A stretch of DNA of 64,000 nt from Candidatus Latescibacterota bacterium (GTDB lineage Bacteria > Latescibacterota > UBA2968 > UBA8231): assembly GCA_965248355.1 (NCBI GenBank), contig OZ252098.1, positions 2,112,001 through 2,176,000 on the forward strand, read 5' to 3'. Position 1 is the stretch's first letter. Each line of letters opens with the position of its first letter. Shown piece after piece: positions 11,628 to 20,913 of the stretch. The notes beneath the pieces were generated by a model. It saw only the letters and a program-made list of their open reading frames with translations, was not told where the DNA came from and did no database searches. The translations under genes and the position numbers were made by a program.

Positions 11628-12896
11628 TCACGTCTTGCGCTGCTTCTTCCGGGCCGCCGGGAACAGGACGTTGTTCAGGATCAGCCGGTAGCCCGGAGAG
11701 GAGGGGTGCAGGGACAGCTGCGTCGGCGGGTCTCCCACGTGGTGCTTGTGGTCCTCGGGGTCGTGGCCGCCGTAGAAGGTGACGGTGCCGCGCCCCACCC
11801 GGCCGTGGATGTACTTGACGATATCGGTGCCCTCGACCTCGGCCAGCACCACCACGTGGTCCTTGATGAGATGGCGGCGGAAGGCGGTGGTCTGGCCGAG
11901 GAAGCCGTTGACGACGCTGGTGTGGCACTGGGTGAGCATGGTGGGCACGGGGTCGTGCCGGGCCGAGAACTCGAAGAGGGTGAAGTACTCGGCCTCGGCC
12001 GTGCGGATGCGGCGCGCGTCCCGGGGCGTCGTGTCGATGTCGGAGTGCTCGTAGACCAGGGGATCGGTGACGATGGTGAAGCCCTCGAAGGCGACGCACC
12101 GGTTGAAGTCGAGGCGCTCCTGGGCGCGGGGGTCGAGGCCGTCTCCGTCGAAGACGGTGTGGGCAACGTCGACCCCGGCGGCGGCCAGGGCTATGTCGAA
12201 GGTATCGGTGGCAGAGCACATGGCGAAGAGGAAGCCGCCGGCGGCCACGTACTCGTGGATGCGGCGCGCCACGGCCTTCTTCTGCTCCGACACCTTGGCG
12301 AAGCCCAGACTGCGCGCCTGGGCCTCGTAGAGCCGCTGCTGGTCGCGGTACCAGGCCTCGTTGCGGAAGCTGGCGTAGAACTTGCCGTACTGGCCCGTGA
12401 AGTCCTCGTGGTGCAGGTGCAGCCAGTCGAAGTCCTCGAGCCGGCCGGCCAGCACATCCTCGTCCCACAGCTTCTCGTAGTCGATGCCGGCGAACTCCAG
12501 GGCCAGGGTCACGGCGTCGTCCCAGGGCTGCCGGTTGGGCGGCGTGTACACGGCGATCCGCGGGGCTTTCTCCAGCCGCACCACGTCCATGTTGGCGGTC
12601 TCGATCTCGGCCTGGATGCGCGCCATGTCGGCCTCGGAGATCGTCTGGAAGGTGATCCCCCGGATCCGCGCCTCCGCGGCGATCAGGTCGTGGGCCTCGA
12701 TGGCGAAGGAGCCGCCGCGGTAGTTGAGGAGCCAGTCCACGTCGATGCCGCGCTCGAGCACCCAGAACGCCAGCCCGTAGGCCTTGAGGTGCTGCTGCTG
12801 GGTCAGGTCCATGGGCACCAGCAGCCGCTCGGCCCCGGAGGGCAGGGCGCACAGCAGCCACAGGGCGGTGGCCAGGCGCCGGAAGGAGCCCGTCAT
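11628..12896 (-). CDS. Exported conserved protein, class-I glutamine-amidotransferase-like fold (family often labelled 'asparagine synthetase B' in FCB genomes)
   Basis: Signal-peptide-like N-terminus; HLKAYG, WLLNYRGGSF, PWDDAVTLAL, DWLHLHHEDFTGQYGKF, GGFLFAMCSATD, GHDPED, SPGYRLILNNVLFP. Confidence 0.7.
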   Translation of the reverse strand: MTGSFRRLATALWLLCALPSGAERLLVPMDLTQQQHLKAYGLAFWVLERGIDVDWLLNYRGGSFAIEAHDLIAAEARIRGITFQTISEADMARIQAEIETANMDVVRLEKAPRIAVYTPPNRQPWDDAVTLALEFAGIDYEKLWDEDVLAGRLEDFDWLHLHHEDFTGQYGKFYASFRNEAWYRDQQRLYEAQARSLGFAKVSEQKKAVARRIHEYVAAGGFLFAMCSATDTFDIALAAAGVDVAHTVFDGDGLDPRAQERLDFNRCVAFEGFTIVTDPLVYEHSDIDTTPRDARRIRTAEAEYFTLFEFSARHDPVPTMLTQCHTSVVNGFLGQTTAFRRHLIKDHVVVLAEVEGTDIVKYIHGRVGRGTVTFYGGHDPEDHKHHVGDPPTQLSLHPSSPGYRLILNNVLFPAARKKQRKT

Positions 12897-14596
12897 CCGT
12901 CCCGGGGCTCCAGCTGCCGGCGCAGGCCCTCGATGCGGCGCCGGATCTCCGGGGCCCGCGAGTCCTCCGGCGCCGACAGCAGCATCTGCTCGTAGAGGTG
13001 CAGGGCCTCGCCGGCCTCGCCGAGACCCTCCAGGACCCGGGCCCGGCCCAGGGAGGCCGAGACCGCCTCGCGGCTGCGGGCCTCGGCTCCGGCCTCGGCC
13101 TCGACGTAAAGGGCGAGGGCCCGGGCCGGGTCGCGTTCCTCCAGCTCGCGGGCGCGCTCGAGCCGGACCACCTGCCTCAGGGCCGGGGGCGCCTCGGTCA
13201 GCAGCCAGCCCCACTCCCGCGCCGCCTCCTCCAGCCGCTGCTGCCGCTGCCGCAGCCGCGCCCGGGCGAGAACGGCCAGGGCCTCCGGCTGGTCGCCGAA
13301 CTCCTCGATCAGCAGCAGCAGGGCCAGGGCGTCGTTGGCCAGCGGGTGCGAGGGCGACGACGTGACCATCGAGTCGATGAGGACCCGGGCCCCGTCGAAG
13401 TCGGCCAGGTAGAAGGCCACCAGACCCAGGTGGTGGGCGGCTTCGGCGCCCCCTCCTTCGATCGCGGCCAGCCGTCGCAGCTCGCGCCGCGCCGAGGGCA
13501 GGTCGTCGAGCAGGATGTGACACTCCGCCCGCAGGCCGAGCCACCGGCGCTGCAGGTCGGGGGTGCCGGCGCGCCCCTCGAGAACGGCCAGAGTCTTCAT
13601 CGCCTCGACCGCCGTGCCGTGGCCCGCGGCCTGCAGCCGCGCCACTCGCAACAGGGCTTCGGCCGCCTCGCGGCGGCGGGGGTGGCCGGCGGCCAGTTGC
13701 GTGTAGAGCTCGATGGCGCCCTCGCCGTCGCCGAGGAGCTCGCGCATCTCGGCCTGCTTCAGCAGGGAGTGGTACCGGTGCGGGGAATCGCCTCCATGGG
13801 CGGCGAACACGGCGTAGGCCTCGACCGCGGCCCCGGCATGGCCGCGGGCCTCGCAGCGGGAGGCGAAGGAGTAGAGGGCCTGCAGGACGGCGTCGTCGGG
13901 GAGGGCCTCGCGCAAGGCCCGCACTCCGCGCTCGGGGCGGCCGGTCTCCAGGGAGGCGGCCGCCGCCAGCCGGGCCGCGGTGGCGCGCGCCGGGCCCTCG
14001 ACCCGGGTCAGGGCGGCCTCGGCGGCTTCGAGGTATCGATGCCCCGGGTCCTGGCCGGCCGGCCCCTCTCCGGACTCGGCGCCAGCCATGTGGGCGATGC
14101 GGTTCTCCACCAGGGGGAGCCGCCAAGGATGCTGGCGCAGGAATTCCAGGTGCGCGGCCAGGGCCTCTTCGGGGCGGCCCAGCCGCATGGCCAGCTCGGC
14201 CCGCTCCCAGGCGAAGGGGTCGTCGCCATCGACGCGCCGGGCGCCGTCCCGGAGCACCTTCAGGGCCTTTTCGAGATGGCCCAGATCGGCCATGCGGACG
14301 CTGACCGCGCGGTATCGGTCGAGGTCCACGGGCAGCTCCTCCAGCGCCCGGCTCCAGATCTGGACCGCCTGGGAGGGACGCCCGGCGTCGACGAGGACCT
14401 CGCCCAGGAGCAGACGCGCCTCCGCGTCCTGCGGATGGCCGTCGATCCAGCGGCCCAGCAGAGCGGCCGCCTCCTCGAACCGGGAGGCCCGGCGCAGCTC
14501 GGAGACCGAGCCGCGGATCTCGGACCGCGGCACCTCCCCGCCGACCGCGGCGGGCAGCCAGCACAGGGCGGCGAGAAGGGCGGCGCCTCGCCTCAC
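12893..14596 (-). CDS. Exported tetratricopeptide-repeat protein
   Basis: Signal-peptide-like N-terminus, repeated Ala/Leu helical TPR patterns, HPLANDALALL; GTG start overlaps the upstream stop. Confidence 0.7.
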   Translation of the reverse strand: MRRGAALLAALCWLPAAVGGEVPRSEIRGSVSELRRASRFEEAAALLGRWIDGHPQDAEARLLLGEVLVDAGRPSQAVQIWSRALEELPVDLDRYRAVSVRMADLGHLEKALKVLRDGARRVDGDDPFAWERAELAMRLGRPEEALAAHLEFLRQHPWRLPLVENRIAHMAGAESGEGPAGQDPGHRYLEAAEAALTRVEGPARATAARLAAAASLETGRPERGVRALREALPDDAVLQALYSFASRCEARGHAGAAVEAYAVFAAHGGDSPHRYHSLLKQAEMRELLGDGEGAIELYTQLAAGHPRRREAAEALLRVARLQAAGHGTAVEAMKTLAVLEGRAGTPDLQRRWLGLRAECHILLDDLPSARRELRRLAAIEGGGAEAAHHLGLVAFYLADFDGARVLIDSMVTSSPSHPLANDALALLLLIEEFGDQPEALAVLARARLRQRQQRLEEAAREWGWLLTEAPPALRQVVRLERARELEERDPARALALYVEAEAGAEARSREAVSASLGRARVLEGLGEAGEALHLYEQMLLSAPEDSRAPEIRRRIEGLRRQLEPRDG

Positions 14597-17500
14597 GGCA
14601 GGGCCTCCGGGTCCGGGCCGTCCCCTTCGTGCAGATCGTGGTAGACGCTCTCGTAGTACCGGCGGATGAGCTCGCGGTACTCGGCGGGGTAGCCGGCGGC
14701 CAGGGCGCGGCGCATGGCCTCGCGCCAGGCGTCCGGACGCTGGCCGAGGTCGACGGGCAACCAGCCGGGACCCGCGAAGGGCCGCTGCTCGCCCCGCTCC
14801 GAACGGCGGCGCTTCTCGAAGCCGCGGGCGTGGATGGACCGGCTGGCGTCCAGCAGGCGCTGCAGGATCCGCTCCTGACCCTGGGGCACGCCCGGGTCGG
14901 CGCGGGGTCGCTCCATCCGGGCCAGCACCGCCTCCATCTCCTTCTGGATGGCGCCGACGCGCTCCTGCAGCGAGCGCTGGCCGCGCAGCGACCTCTCCAC
15001 CTCGGCCAGGGCCTGGTAGATGCGGCGCTGCTCGGCGGCGAGGCCCGGCATGGCCGGGAGCCGGCCGCCGGCGCGCCGGGGTCCCGGAGCGGACCCCGGC
15101 CCCGGCTGCATCGCCTCCCGGGTGGCCTCGTTGAGGGCGGCCTGCTGCTCGGACAGGGCCATCATCTTCTCCATGGCCTCCCCGAAGGAGGAGGGGGTGC
15201 GCGCCTCCTGCAGGTTCTCCACGCTCCGGCGCAGCAGCAGCACGGCCTGGTTCAGGAAGCCCATGGCCTCGCCCTGAAGGTGGCCGGCGCGGCCGCTCTG
15301 CTGTCCGAGCCGGCCGGCGGCCTGCTCCATGCGGCGAAGGGCCCCGCCGAGGGTGGCGGGCAGGGAAGGCTCGAGAGCCAGGGTCCGCGAGCCGGCGCGG
15401 GCGACCTCTTCGATGACGAGCTCCGTTCCTTGGGCCAGGGCCTGCTGGCGGGCGGCCAGGCCGGCGGCGGCGCCCCCGGGCTGCCGGGAAGAGCCCTCTC
15501 CCAGCTCCTCCTGGCGCCGGGAGAGGTCGACGAGGTCGGCCATGGCGCCGCGCAGGAGACCGGCGAGCTGCTCGCGCTGGTCGCCGAAGAACCCCTCCCG
15601 GAGCTCGCGCAGCGCCTCGGAGAGATGCGCGAGGTCCTCCTGCAGACCGGCGCCGACCCGTCCGGCCTCCTGGCGCCGGCTCGAAGCCAGGAGCCGCTCC
15701 ATCCGGCGCATGCGCTCCGAGAGGGCCTGCTGCTCCATCTCTTCGGCCTGGAAGCGCAGGGCGCCGGCGGTCTCCGCGCTGAGGTCCTCCAGCTCCTGTC
15801 CCAGTTGATCCAGCTCCTGCCGCAGGCGGTCGGCGTCGCGGGCGAGCCTCCCCTCCTGGGGCTGCAGGGCCTCCTCCCCCAGGCCGGCGTCCCCGGCCGG
15901 CCGCGCCAGCTCCTCGTTGATCCTCCCCTGCCGGTCCTCCAGATCCTCCGCCTGTTCGACCACGGCCAGCAGGCGCTGCTCGGCGTGCACCTGCCGCAGC
16001 AGGTCCAGGGTGCGGTCCAGGCGCTGCTGGAACGCTTCCTGGTCGCGGGCGAACTGCCGCAGGGCCTCGGCCAGCTGGTCCGCGTCTGGCTGCTCGGCCG
16101 CCTCCTGCAGGGCCCGCAGGGCCTCCAGCAGCTCCGGCGAGGCGACGGCCGCCATCAGCTCTCTGATCTCGTCGAGCTTGCCGAGCAGGTCCCGCGAGTC
16201 GGCGCCGCCCTGCTCCAGCTTCTCCAGGCTGCCGGCCATCTTCCGGGCGACCTCCTCCACGGCCCGGGCGCGCTCCTCCTCGGCGGCCAGGGCGCGCTCC
16301 AGCTCCTGCTTCTGATCCCAGGTCAGCTCCTCGGTGCGCAGCACCTCCCGCCGCAGCCGCTCCACGTACTCCCGGGCGCCGGCCTCCTCGGCGGCGAGCT
16401 CCTCGAGCGACCCCAGGCGCTCCTGCTGCTGCCTCGAGGCCTCGTCGAACAGCTCCCACAGGGAGGGGAAGCGCAGCACGTGCTCCGGGCTCACGGCCCG
16501 CTTCGGCCCGCCCACGGCGTCGTTGTCGAAGGCCTCGGCGCGGTAGCGGACCCGGTCCTCCGGCAACAACTCCAGCGGCGACAGGTCCCACAGATGGGAG
16601 ACGGTCTCCCGGACGTCGCCCTCCACGGGCAGGGACAGGCGCTTCTCCGGACCCCGGCCGACGCGGAAGACGAGGTCGACGCGGCTCACCCCGAAGTCGT
16701 CGGCGGCGTCGATCTGCAGCCGCACCTGCTGGCTCTCGGGAAGGTCGGCCTCCGGACCCGGCTCGGAGATGGCCACCTCCGGCGGCCCGTCGCGCAGGAC
16801 CTGGACGGTGTAGCGGATCGGGGCCCGGTTGCCGACCCCGTCCCGGTCGGTGAGGGCCACACGGTACTCCCGGCGGGCCCCGGCGCTGTCCCCCGGCGCC
16901 GGCAGGGTCCAGCTCACGACGGCGCGGTCGTCCACGACCCGGGCGGGCCGGCGCAGGGTATCGTCGACCACCAGGGCCGCGGCGGACAGGGCCTTGCTGG
17001 CGTGGATCCCCCATTCGACGACGGTCCCGGCGAGGGCCCGCACGTCCCCGCCCGGCTCCTCGACCCGGGGCGGGAGGCGGCTGTACTCCGGATAGTCGTA
17101 CCGCAGCCGCATGCGCGTGACCTCGGGCGGATCGATGACGGTGACGCGGTAGGGACCGGCCTCGCCGTCCCCGGCGGCGACCACGAAGTCGAAGGAGGAG
17201 CGCACGTCCTCGAAGAGATGGCGCAGGGAGTCGGCCCGGCCCGGCTCGAGGAGCACCTCCTCGTCGATGCGGCGGCCGCCCTGGACCGCCTGGCGGCGGA
17301 TCCGAAGGGCCGGAGGCAGGTCGCCCTCGACGCGGACGGTGAGGGCCACGTCCTCGCCCCGGATCGCCTGCTGGTCCCCGGGCTCGACGGAGACGCGGGT
17401 CCGCTGCGGTCGCTGGAAGGTCGTCCCGGGATGCAGGCAGCGGTGCAGGGCCTCGCCCGCCGCTCCGGAGAGGCCGAGCAGGAGCAGCAGGGGGCCGGCG

Positions 17501-17979
17501 GCGGCCGCGCCCCGGAGCGCGGCGCGGCGCAGCCCCGCCGCCGGCACCAGGCAGGCGTCCCCGAGGCGATCGAGGACGGCCACGGCTTCGGCGGCCGCCG
17601 CGGCGAGCAGGTCGGAGGAGTAGAGCCGCGAACGGGGGCCGCCGCCGACCTCCAGGGCCGTCATCAGCCGCTGCGAGAGCTCCGGAGTGCGCTCCTCGAC
17701 GGCCTGGGCCACGGCGCGCAGGGGCAGACCCTTGCGCCAGGGCCACAACATGCGCGCCCCCAGGCCGGAACCGGCCGCCGCGACGAGCAGGAGCAGGCCG
17801 GCCCTCCATGGAGAGGACAGGTAGAGGAGAGCCTCCAGCCCGATGGCGACCACGCCCGCGGCGGCGCCGAGGGAGAGGCCTGCCACCAGGGCGGTGGCGG
17901 CCTCGAGCAACAGCCGTCGCCGGCGCAGGCGGCGGAGGCGCTCCAGCAGGAGGCCGCGTGGGGAGGCGTCGGCGGCCAC
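14593..17979 (-). CDS. DUF4175-like membrane-anchored protein with Ig-like region and long coiled coil
   Basis: N-terminal TM segments, AADDFGV and AFDNDAVGGPK motifs, Gln/Glu/Leu-rich coiled coil, C-terminal YPAEYRELIRRYY. Confidence 0.75.
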   Translation of the reverse strand: MAADASPRGLLLERLRRLRRRRLLLEAATALVAGLSLGAAAGVVAIGLEALLYLSSPWRAGLLLLVAAAGSGLGARMLWPWRKGLPLRAVAQAVEERTPELSQRLMTALEVGGGPRSRLYSSDLLAAAAAEAVAVLDRLGDACLVPAAGLRRAALRGAAAAGPLLLLLGLSGAAGEALHRCLHPGTTFQRPQRTRVSVEPGDQQAIRGEDVALTVRVEGDLPPALRIRRQAVQGGRRIDEEVLLEPGRADSLRHLFEDVRSSFDFVVAAGDGEAGPYRVTVIDPPEVTRMRLRYDYPEYSRLPPRVEEPGGDVRALAGTVVEWGIHASKALSAAALVVDDTLRRPARVVDDRAVVSWTLPAPGDSAGARREYRVALTDRDGVGNRAPIRYTVQVLRDGPPEVAISEPGPEADLPESQQVRLQIDAADDFGVSRVDLVFRVGRGPEKRLSLPVEGDVRETVSHLWDLSPLELLPEDRVRYRAEAFDNDAVGGPKRAVSPEHVLRFPSLWELFDEASRQQQERLGSLEELAAEEAGAREYVERLRREVLRTEELTWDQKQELERALAAEEERARAVEEVARKMAGSLEKLEQGGADSRDLLGKLDEIRELMAAVASPELLEALRALQEAAEQPDADQLAEALRQFARDQEAFQQRLDRTLDLLRQVHAEQRLLAVVEQAEDLEDRQGRINEELARPAGDAGLGEEALQPQEGRLARDADRLRQELDQLGQELEDLSAETAGALRFQAEEMEQQALSERMRRMERLLASSRRQEAGRVGAGLQEDLAHLSEALRELREGFFGDQREQLAGLLRGAMADLVDLSRRQEELGEGSSRQPGGAAAGLAARQQALAQGTELVIEEVARAGSRTLALEPSLPATLGGALRRMEQAAGRLGQQSGRAGHLQGEAMGFLNQAVLLLRRSVENLQEARTPSSFGEAMEKMMALSEQQAALNEATREAMQPGPGSAPGPRRAGGRLPAMPGLAAEQRRIYQALAEVERSLRGQRSLQERVGAIQKEMEAVLARMERPRADPGVPQGQERILQRLLDASRSIHARGFEKRRRSERGEQRPFAGPGWLPVDLGQRPDAWREAMRRALAAGYPAEYRELIRRYYESVYHDLHEGDGPDPEALP

Positions 17980-17982
17980 GGG

Positions 17983-18642
17983 CTACCGGGTGAGGGCGTA
18001 GAGGACGATGTTGGCGCCCATGCGCAGGGCCTGCCGCCTGACCTCCTCGGCGTCGCCGTGCACGTGGGCGTCCTCCCAGCCGTCGCCGAGGTCGGACTCG
18101 TAGGTGTAGAGCACGAGCAGGCGGTCGCCGCCGAACAGCCCCAGGGCCTGGGGCCGCCGGCCGTCGTGCTCGTGGACCTTCGGCAGACCGTCGGGCAGGT
18201 CGAAGTGACAGTGGAACAGGTCGTGGCCGGCCGGCAGCTCCACGAACTCCCGGGTGGGAAAGACCTTGCGCATCTCGCGGCGGAAGGAGGGGTCCATGCC
18301 GTAGTTGTCGTCGGCGTGGAGGAAGCCGCCGGCTTCGAGGTAGCGCCGCAGGCGGGCCGCCTCCTCCGGGGTCCAGGAGACGTTGCCGTGTCCGGTCATG
18401 TAGAGGTAGGGGTAGGCGAACAGCTCGCGGTCGAGGATCCGCACGCGGGCTTCGGCCGAGGCCGTGGGCAGCCGTGTGTGCCGCCCGAGGAAGGCCAGCA
18501 GGTTGGGCAGCGACGAGGGATCGCTGTACCAGTCGCCGCCGCCGTCGTACTGGAGCCGGGCGATGGTGAACAGGTCGGTCTCCCCGGCGCGGACGGGAGC
18601 TGCCGAGACCAGGACCGCCGCCACCAGGGCCGCCCCCCGCAT
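17983..18642 (-). CDS. DUF4159 domain protein
   Basis: IARLQYDGGGDWY, YPYLYMTGHG, GGFLHADDNYG, GLPKVHEHDG, DLGDGWED, MGANI. Confidence 0.88.
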   Translation of the reverse strand: MRGAALVAAVLVSAAPVRAGETDLFTIARLQYDGGGDWYSDPSSLPNLLAFLGRHTRLPTASAEARVRILDRELFAYPYLYMTGHGNVSWTPEEAARLRRYLEAGGFLHADDNYGMDPSFRREMRKVFPTREFVELPAGHDLFHCHFDLPDGLPKVHEHDGRRPQALGLFGGDRLLVLYTYESDLGDGWEDAHVHGDAEEVRRQALRMGANIVLYALTR

Positions 18643-18665
18643 GGCGGGGAGCGCCCGGTCCGCGG

Positions 18666-20888
18666 TCAACGCCGGACCCCGTTCAGCAGGGCGAAGCGGC
18701 CCGACACCGACTCGCCCGTCTCGCTCTCGGCGACGTAGTAGTAGACCCCCGTGGCCACCAGGTACCCGGCCTCGTTCAGGCCGTCCCACGTGATCGTGCC
18801 GCGGCCGGCCTGCCCCCGCAGGTCGGCCACCAGGTCTCCGGAGACCGAATAGATCCGCAGGGAGGCGCCGAGGGGCAGTCCCTTGATGGTCAGCTCCTGG
18901 CGCCCGGTCGTCACGTAGGGGTTGGGATGGACGTTGAAGACCTCCGGTCCGCCGCCGTCCACCGGGGTCAGGCACAGGCGGCTGAGGCCTTCGAGGGTGC
19001 CGATCCACATCACTCCGCGGTCCCGGTCGTAGCGCAGACCCTTCACGCGGTCGTCGATGAGTTGGCTGTTCCTGCGAGTGAAGGTGAGGTCCACCTGACC
19101 GCGGACATTGATCCGGGACAGGCCGGCCGCCGTGCCGACCCAGATGTTGCCGTCGTCGTCCTCCTCGAAAACGCTGATCTCGGCCGAGGGCAACTCGTCC
19201 GAGGTGTCGTAGGTCTGCCAGCCGGAGACCTCCAGGGTCCCGGTGGCGCGGTCGTACTCGGGCGTCAGGACGTTCACACCGTTTTCCGAGGCCATCCAGA
19301 CCCTGCCGTCCCGGCTGGCGAGGACACCGAAGAGACGGTCACTCGTCAGCCTGCTCTCGTCGGCCTGGGAGAGGTTGATCATGCGGTCGTCGCCGCCGGT
19401 GAAGGGCGTGCCGCCGTCGTCGAGCAGCACCAGGCCCGACCTGCGGCTGACGATCCACTTCAGGCCGCCGGGGCCGATATCCATGCGGTAGAGATCGAAG
19501 CCGGGGAGCAGCCCCAGGGCCTCCTGATCGAACAGGAACTGACGCTCCGGCGGATAGCCGTCGAAGACGGCCACGCCGGTCAGGGTGTTGAGCAGCCACA
19601 TGTGGCCGGACCGGTCGCGATGGATGTCGCTGACGACGACGAAATCCGGGTTCTTTGGAATCCCCTGCAGGACGGTCTCCTCGACCGGGATCGTCGTCCA
19701 GTTGCCGTCCGCCTCCTGGATCAGACCTCCGCCGCCCCAACTGCCGACCCAGATGCGCCCTTCGGCGTCGGTCTCCACGGCGACGATCTCGTTGTTGGGC
19801 ATGCTGTTCCAGCGGTTGAAGACCGACCAGCGGCCATCCGACTCCGACAGGCGATAGACCCCGGCCGAAGCCGCCCGCTGCTGGTCGTCGGGCACGCTGG
19901 TAGCCCACAGCTCTTTCTCGCCGGTGACCTCGATCTCGAAGAACCGGCTCGATCCCGGTTCGCTGGGCAGGATGACGGACGAGTCGCCGATGATGCGCAG
20001 ACCGGTGGTGGTGCCGAGCCAGAGGACATCGTCTCCCGAGGTGCCGATGGTCAGGATGTTACTGATCTGCAGTGCCCCAATCCTCACCCACTCACCCTCT
20101 TCGGTGCGCTCCACCAGTCGTCCCTCGTCGGTGGCCGCCACCGCGCGCCCGGCCCGGGATCCCAGACTCACCACCGGCTCCTGGTAGTCCCGACGGAAGC
20201 TCTCCTCCTCGGGGTCGTAGGCCACGACCCCTCTTGCGGTGGCCGCATACAGCACTCCGCCGATGGCGGCGACGGTGCCCACGGAACCGTAGGCGGAAAG
20301 GGAACGCCAGCTCTCCGGATCCTGCAGGTTCGGCTGGTCGAGGCGGGCCCAGGCGATACCCACTGCAGTGCCGACGAAAAGGGTGCCGTCGAAGAGGGCC
20401 AGGTCCAGGGCGGCCTCGTCTTTCGGGAGGTCGCCGAGGAGGCGATAGGTCTCCATCACCTCCTCGCGGTCGGTCAGGAAGAGGCTGACGCCGCTGCTCG
20501 TGCCGACGAAGAGGCGGGTGCCCACGCTCAGAAGGGAGGTGATGGCCAGGCCGCGGAACTCCTGATAGACCGCGAAGGTCGAGGTGGCGGGGCGGTAGCG
20601 GCTGAGACCCTGACCGTCGCTGCCGAACCAGAGGTTGCCCTCGTCGTCGGCGGCCAGGGAAAGGATGCGGTTGCCGGCCAGTCCGTCGGGCCGGGTGAAG
20701 CGATCGTACCGTTGCTGAACGCGGTCGTAGCGCAGGATCCCGCCCGTGGTCGCCGCCCACACGCTGGAAGTGTCGACGAGCAGCCCCTCGATCTGCTTCA
20801 TGCTGGTGTAGGCGTCCCACTCCCGGTCGCACGTCGGGGCGCTGGCGGAGGCGCTGAGGAGAAGGCCGAGACAGAGCAGGAAGATCAC
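18666..20888 (-). CDS. PorZ-like beta-propeller protein with C-terminal FlgD-Ig/T9SS-like domain
   Basis: Repeated D.GN.W.G(T/S)..GL propeller blades; C-terminus HPNPY...LRIYSVSGDLV...ITWDGLNEAGYLVATGVYYY. Confidence 0.72.
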   Translation of the reverse strand: MIFLLCLGLLLSASASAPTCDREWDAYTSMKQIEGLLVDTSSVWAATTGGILRYDRVQQRYDRFTRPDGLAGNRILSLAADDEGNLWFGSDGQGLSRYRPATSTFAVYQEFRGLAITSLLSVGTRLFVGTSSGVSLFLTDREEVMETYRLLGDLPKDEAALDLALFDGTLFVGTAVGIAWARLDQPNLQDPESWRSLSAYGSVGTVAAIGGVLYAATARGVVAYDPEEESFRRDYQEPVVSLGSRAGRAVAATDEGRLVERTEEGEWVRIGALQISNILTIGTSGDDVLWLGTTTGLRIIGDSSVILPSEPGSSRFFEIEVTGEKELWATSVPDDQQRAASAGVYRLSESDGRWSVFNRWNSMPNNEIVAVETDAEGRIWVGSWGGGGLIQEADGNWTTIPVEETVLQGIPKNPDFVVVSDIHRDRSGHMWLLNTLTGVAVFDGYPPERQFLFDQEALGLLPGFDLYRMDIGPGGLKWIVSRRSGLVLLDDGGTPFTGGDDRMINLSQADESRLTSDRLFGVLASRDGRVWMASENGVNVLTPEYDRATGTLEVSGWQTYDTSDELPSAEISVFEEDDDGNIWVGTAAGLSRINVRGQVDLTFTRRNSQLIDDRVKGLRYDRDRGVMWIGTLEGLSRLCLTPVDGGGPEVFNVHPNPYVTTGRQELTIKGLPLGASLRIYSVSGDLVADLRGQAGRGTITWDGLNEAGYLVATGVYYYVAESETGESVSGRFALLNGVRR

Positions 20889-20913
20889 GCGGCGATGCCA
20901 CTCACGATGCCAC

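Noticed and set aside
12893..17809. 1638 aa ORF and similar Arg/Pro/Gly-rich N-terminal extensions in the ORF track
   Set aside because: Extensions are off-frame overlaps with upstream genes; real starts were placed at stop/start overlaps or RBS sites
14629..18738. Very long + strand ORFs (1369 aa here; also 49259-52282, 18927-21326, 30123-32483, 32389-34650)
   Set aside because: Antisense shadows of real minus-strand genes; high GC3 removes stops and no motifs are recognisable
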